Below, one piece after another: positions 30,908 through 32,000 of a stretch of DNA of 32,000 bases. The position numbers and the translations under genes were made by a program. Numbering within the stretch: the first letter of the stretch is position 1; every line of letters begins with the position of its first letter. The notes below the pieces were generated by a model, which did not search any database, was not told the DNA's origin, and saw nothing but the letters and a program-made list of their open reading frames with translations. Source of the DNA: Candidatus Aenigmatarchaeota archaeon (lineage in GTDB: Archaea > Aenigmatarchaeota > Aenigmatarchaeia > JACPZZ01); assembly GCA_016202815.1 (NCBI GenBank), contig JACQNZ010000002.1:48228-80227 (forward strand), in the 5' to 3' direction.

Positions 30908-32000
30908 CCGTTGCACCCGCACACATTCTTGTAATCCGACTCGGCGACCTTGGCCAGCTGTTCCAGCGTGCAGCTGTCGCTGCCGCATATCAGCCTGTTC
31001 TTTTCCGCGTAATCAACGCCCTGGCACACGAAGTCTCCGGTGCATTGCGCTATGCCGCAACAAGCCGTCATGGAAAGCTTGGCAGCCTCTTTCGGGTTTT
31101 TCTGTATGTTGCAATTCAATACGTTCATGTCCTTGTTACCAAGCGATTGGAAAGGCTGGAAAGGCCATGTTGTGTCATACTCTGTCTTAACCTGTATTCC
31201 CGAACACGCGGGTTGCAAAAGGAAACCCACTGCTACAAGCTTTCCGAAATCCGCTATGACTGAACAGGCCAATGAACCGTAAAACCCTGCCGCCATCTCG
31301 TTGAACTTGCCTTCGTCAAAGTAGCAATAATTTGAATGTCCGGGCGTCGGGCATTTGTCCACGTCGGCCATTACGAGCGGTCTTCCCGCCTTGTCGTCGC
31401 CGGCGTTATAAAAACTGATCTGCGCTAAGCACGGGGAAACAAGATGGAACCTTGGCTTGTCATCAAATTGGAACGCCCCTACGCCGCCGCCAAGCGGGGA
31501 TATAAAACCGTCCCTTTTAAGCCGCACCATGACATTGTTTTTCACAACATACACGTCTTCATAACTTTTGATCTGGCTCTCCGAAACACCCTCCTTTTTC
31601 TGCTCAACCGTTTTCATGTTAAGGCATACGGTGTTCGACTCGCAGCCCGCGTTCGGCGATTTCAGGTATGAATATTTCACGTCGTTCTCGCTTGGCAGGT
31701 ACGTGCCTATTGTGAACGCGGACAGGTCGGTCTTGAGGAATTTTACAGTCTCTTTCGGCTCCCATCCGCCCAGCTTGTCGACTGTGCCTGAAAGGATCGA
31801 ATCGTATTTGTCCTCTGCCATGAGCGCGAGCGTTTCAGGCTCGCGTTTCCATGATGCGGAAAGCATCGCGATCTCCATAGCCTCGTCCCTGTCTATCAGT
31901 GCGCTGGCCGGGTCTGACGGGTCGATCCTTATGTTTTTTGCGTTTTTCAGCTCATTCTGGAAATCGGCTACAAGCCGCCTGGAATATTGCGGCGTGGAAA
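30904..32000 (-). CDS. Large Cys-rich exported protein; the N-terminus lies outside the window
   Basis: The frame stays open upstream of the Met at 31878 all the way to nt 32000 (checked by hand: ...STPQYSRRLVADFQNELKNAKNIRIDPSDPASALIDRDEAMEIAML...). The C-terminal 130 aa carry about 14 Cys and end in VCGCNG. Confidence 0.55.
   Translation of the reverse strand, partial: STPQYSRRLVADFQNELKNAKNIRIDPSDPASALIDRDEAMEIAMLSASWKREPETLALMAEDKYDSILSGTVDKLGGWEPKETVKFLKTDLSAFTIGTYLPSENDVKYSYLKSPNAGCESNTVCLNMKTVEQKKEGVSESQIKSYEDVYVVKNNVMVRLKRDGFISPLGGGVGAFQFDDKPRFHLVSPCLAQISFYNAGDDKAGRPLVMADVDKCPTPGHSNYCYFDEGKFNEMAAGFYGSLACSVIADFGKLVAVGFLLQPACSGIQVKTEYDTTWPFQPFQSLGNKDMNVLNCNIQKNPKEAAKLSMTACCGIAQCTGDFVCQGVDYAEKNRLICGSDSCTLEQLAKVAESDYKNVCGCNG

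Noticed and set aside
30908-30988. The long start of the 30413-30988 ORF (MRQRQLHAGTAGQGRR...)
   Set aside because: It would overlap the upstream Cys-rich gene by 85 nt. The internal ATG at 30907 gives an ATGA overlap and an N-terminus (MKGIIIV...) paralogous to those of two neighbouring genes.

Overview
The window looks like a compact archaeal chromosome segment, roughly 47-48% GC by eye. Genes are densely packed, often with ATGA stop/start overlaps, and the markers are archaeal (L21e, Rpo4/RpoF, Pus10, aEF-1beta, Pth2, prefoldin alpha, CarS, FEN1, SRP54/FtsY). All functional calls rest on motifs I recognise in the supplied translations. No homology search, RNA covariance model or structure prediction was run.

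Layout:
- 1-5553: a type IV filament locus. It has an ATPase tail, a KaiC/ArlH-like ATPase, two TadC/ArlJ-like half-size platform genes, an orphan gene, and four convergent pilin genes carrying class III signal peptides.
- 5598-15830: a housekeeping string (rpoF, rpl21e, pus10, phosphodiesterase, srp54, ftsY, pfdA, a polytopic membrane protein, NUDIX, pth2, CDP-alcohol phosphatidyltransferase, carS, DedA-like).
- 15873-16099: a tRNA-Arg(GCG) carrying an unusually long (~153 nt) repeat-built intron.
- 16169-22098: Zn-ribbon protein, aEF-1beta, a 57-aa 4xCxxC ORF missing from the ORF track, an RCK channel without a K+ selectivity filter, fen, pcm, and a ribose-1,5-bisphosphate isomerase plus AMP phosphorylase pair.
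- 22129-23253: a solo TnpB element.
- 23445-26396: a hypothetical gene, ogg and apgM.
- 26463 to beyond 32000: the most unusual region, an operon of at least 7 exported, Cys-rich proteins with pilin-like N-termini that I cannot assign to any family.

A recurring intergenic GAAGCAT-type hairpin element (4 copies) is the other notable unexplained signal. No CRISPR array, rRNA or recognisable defence genes were seen.
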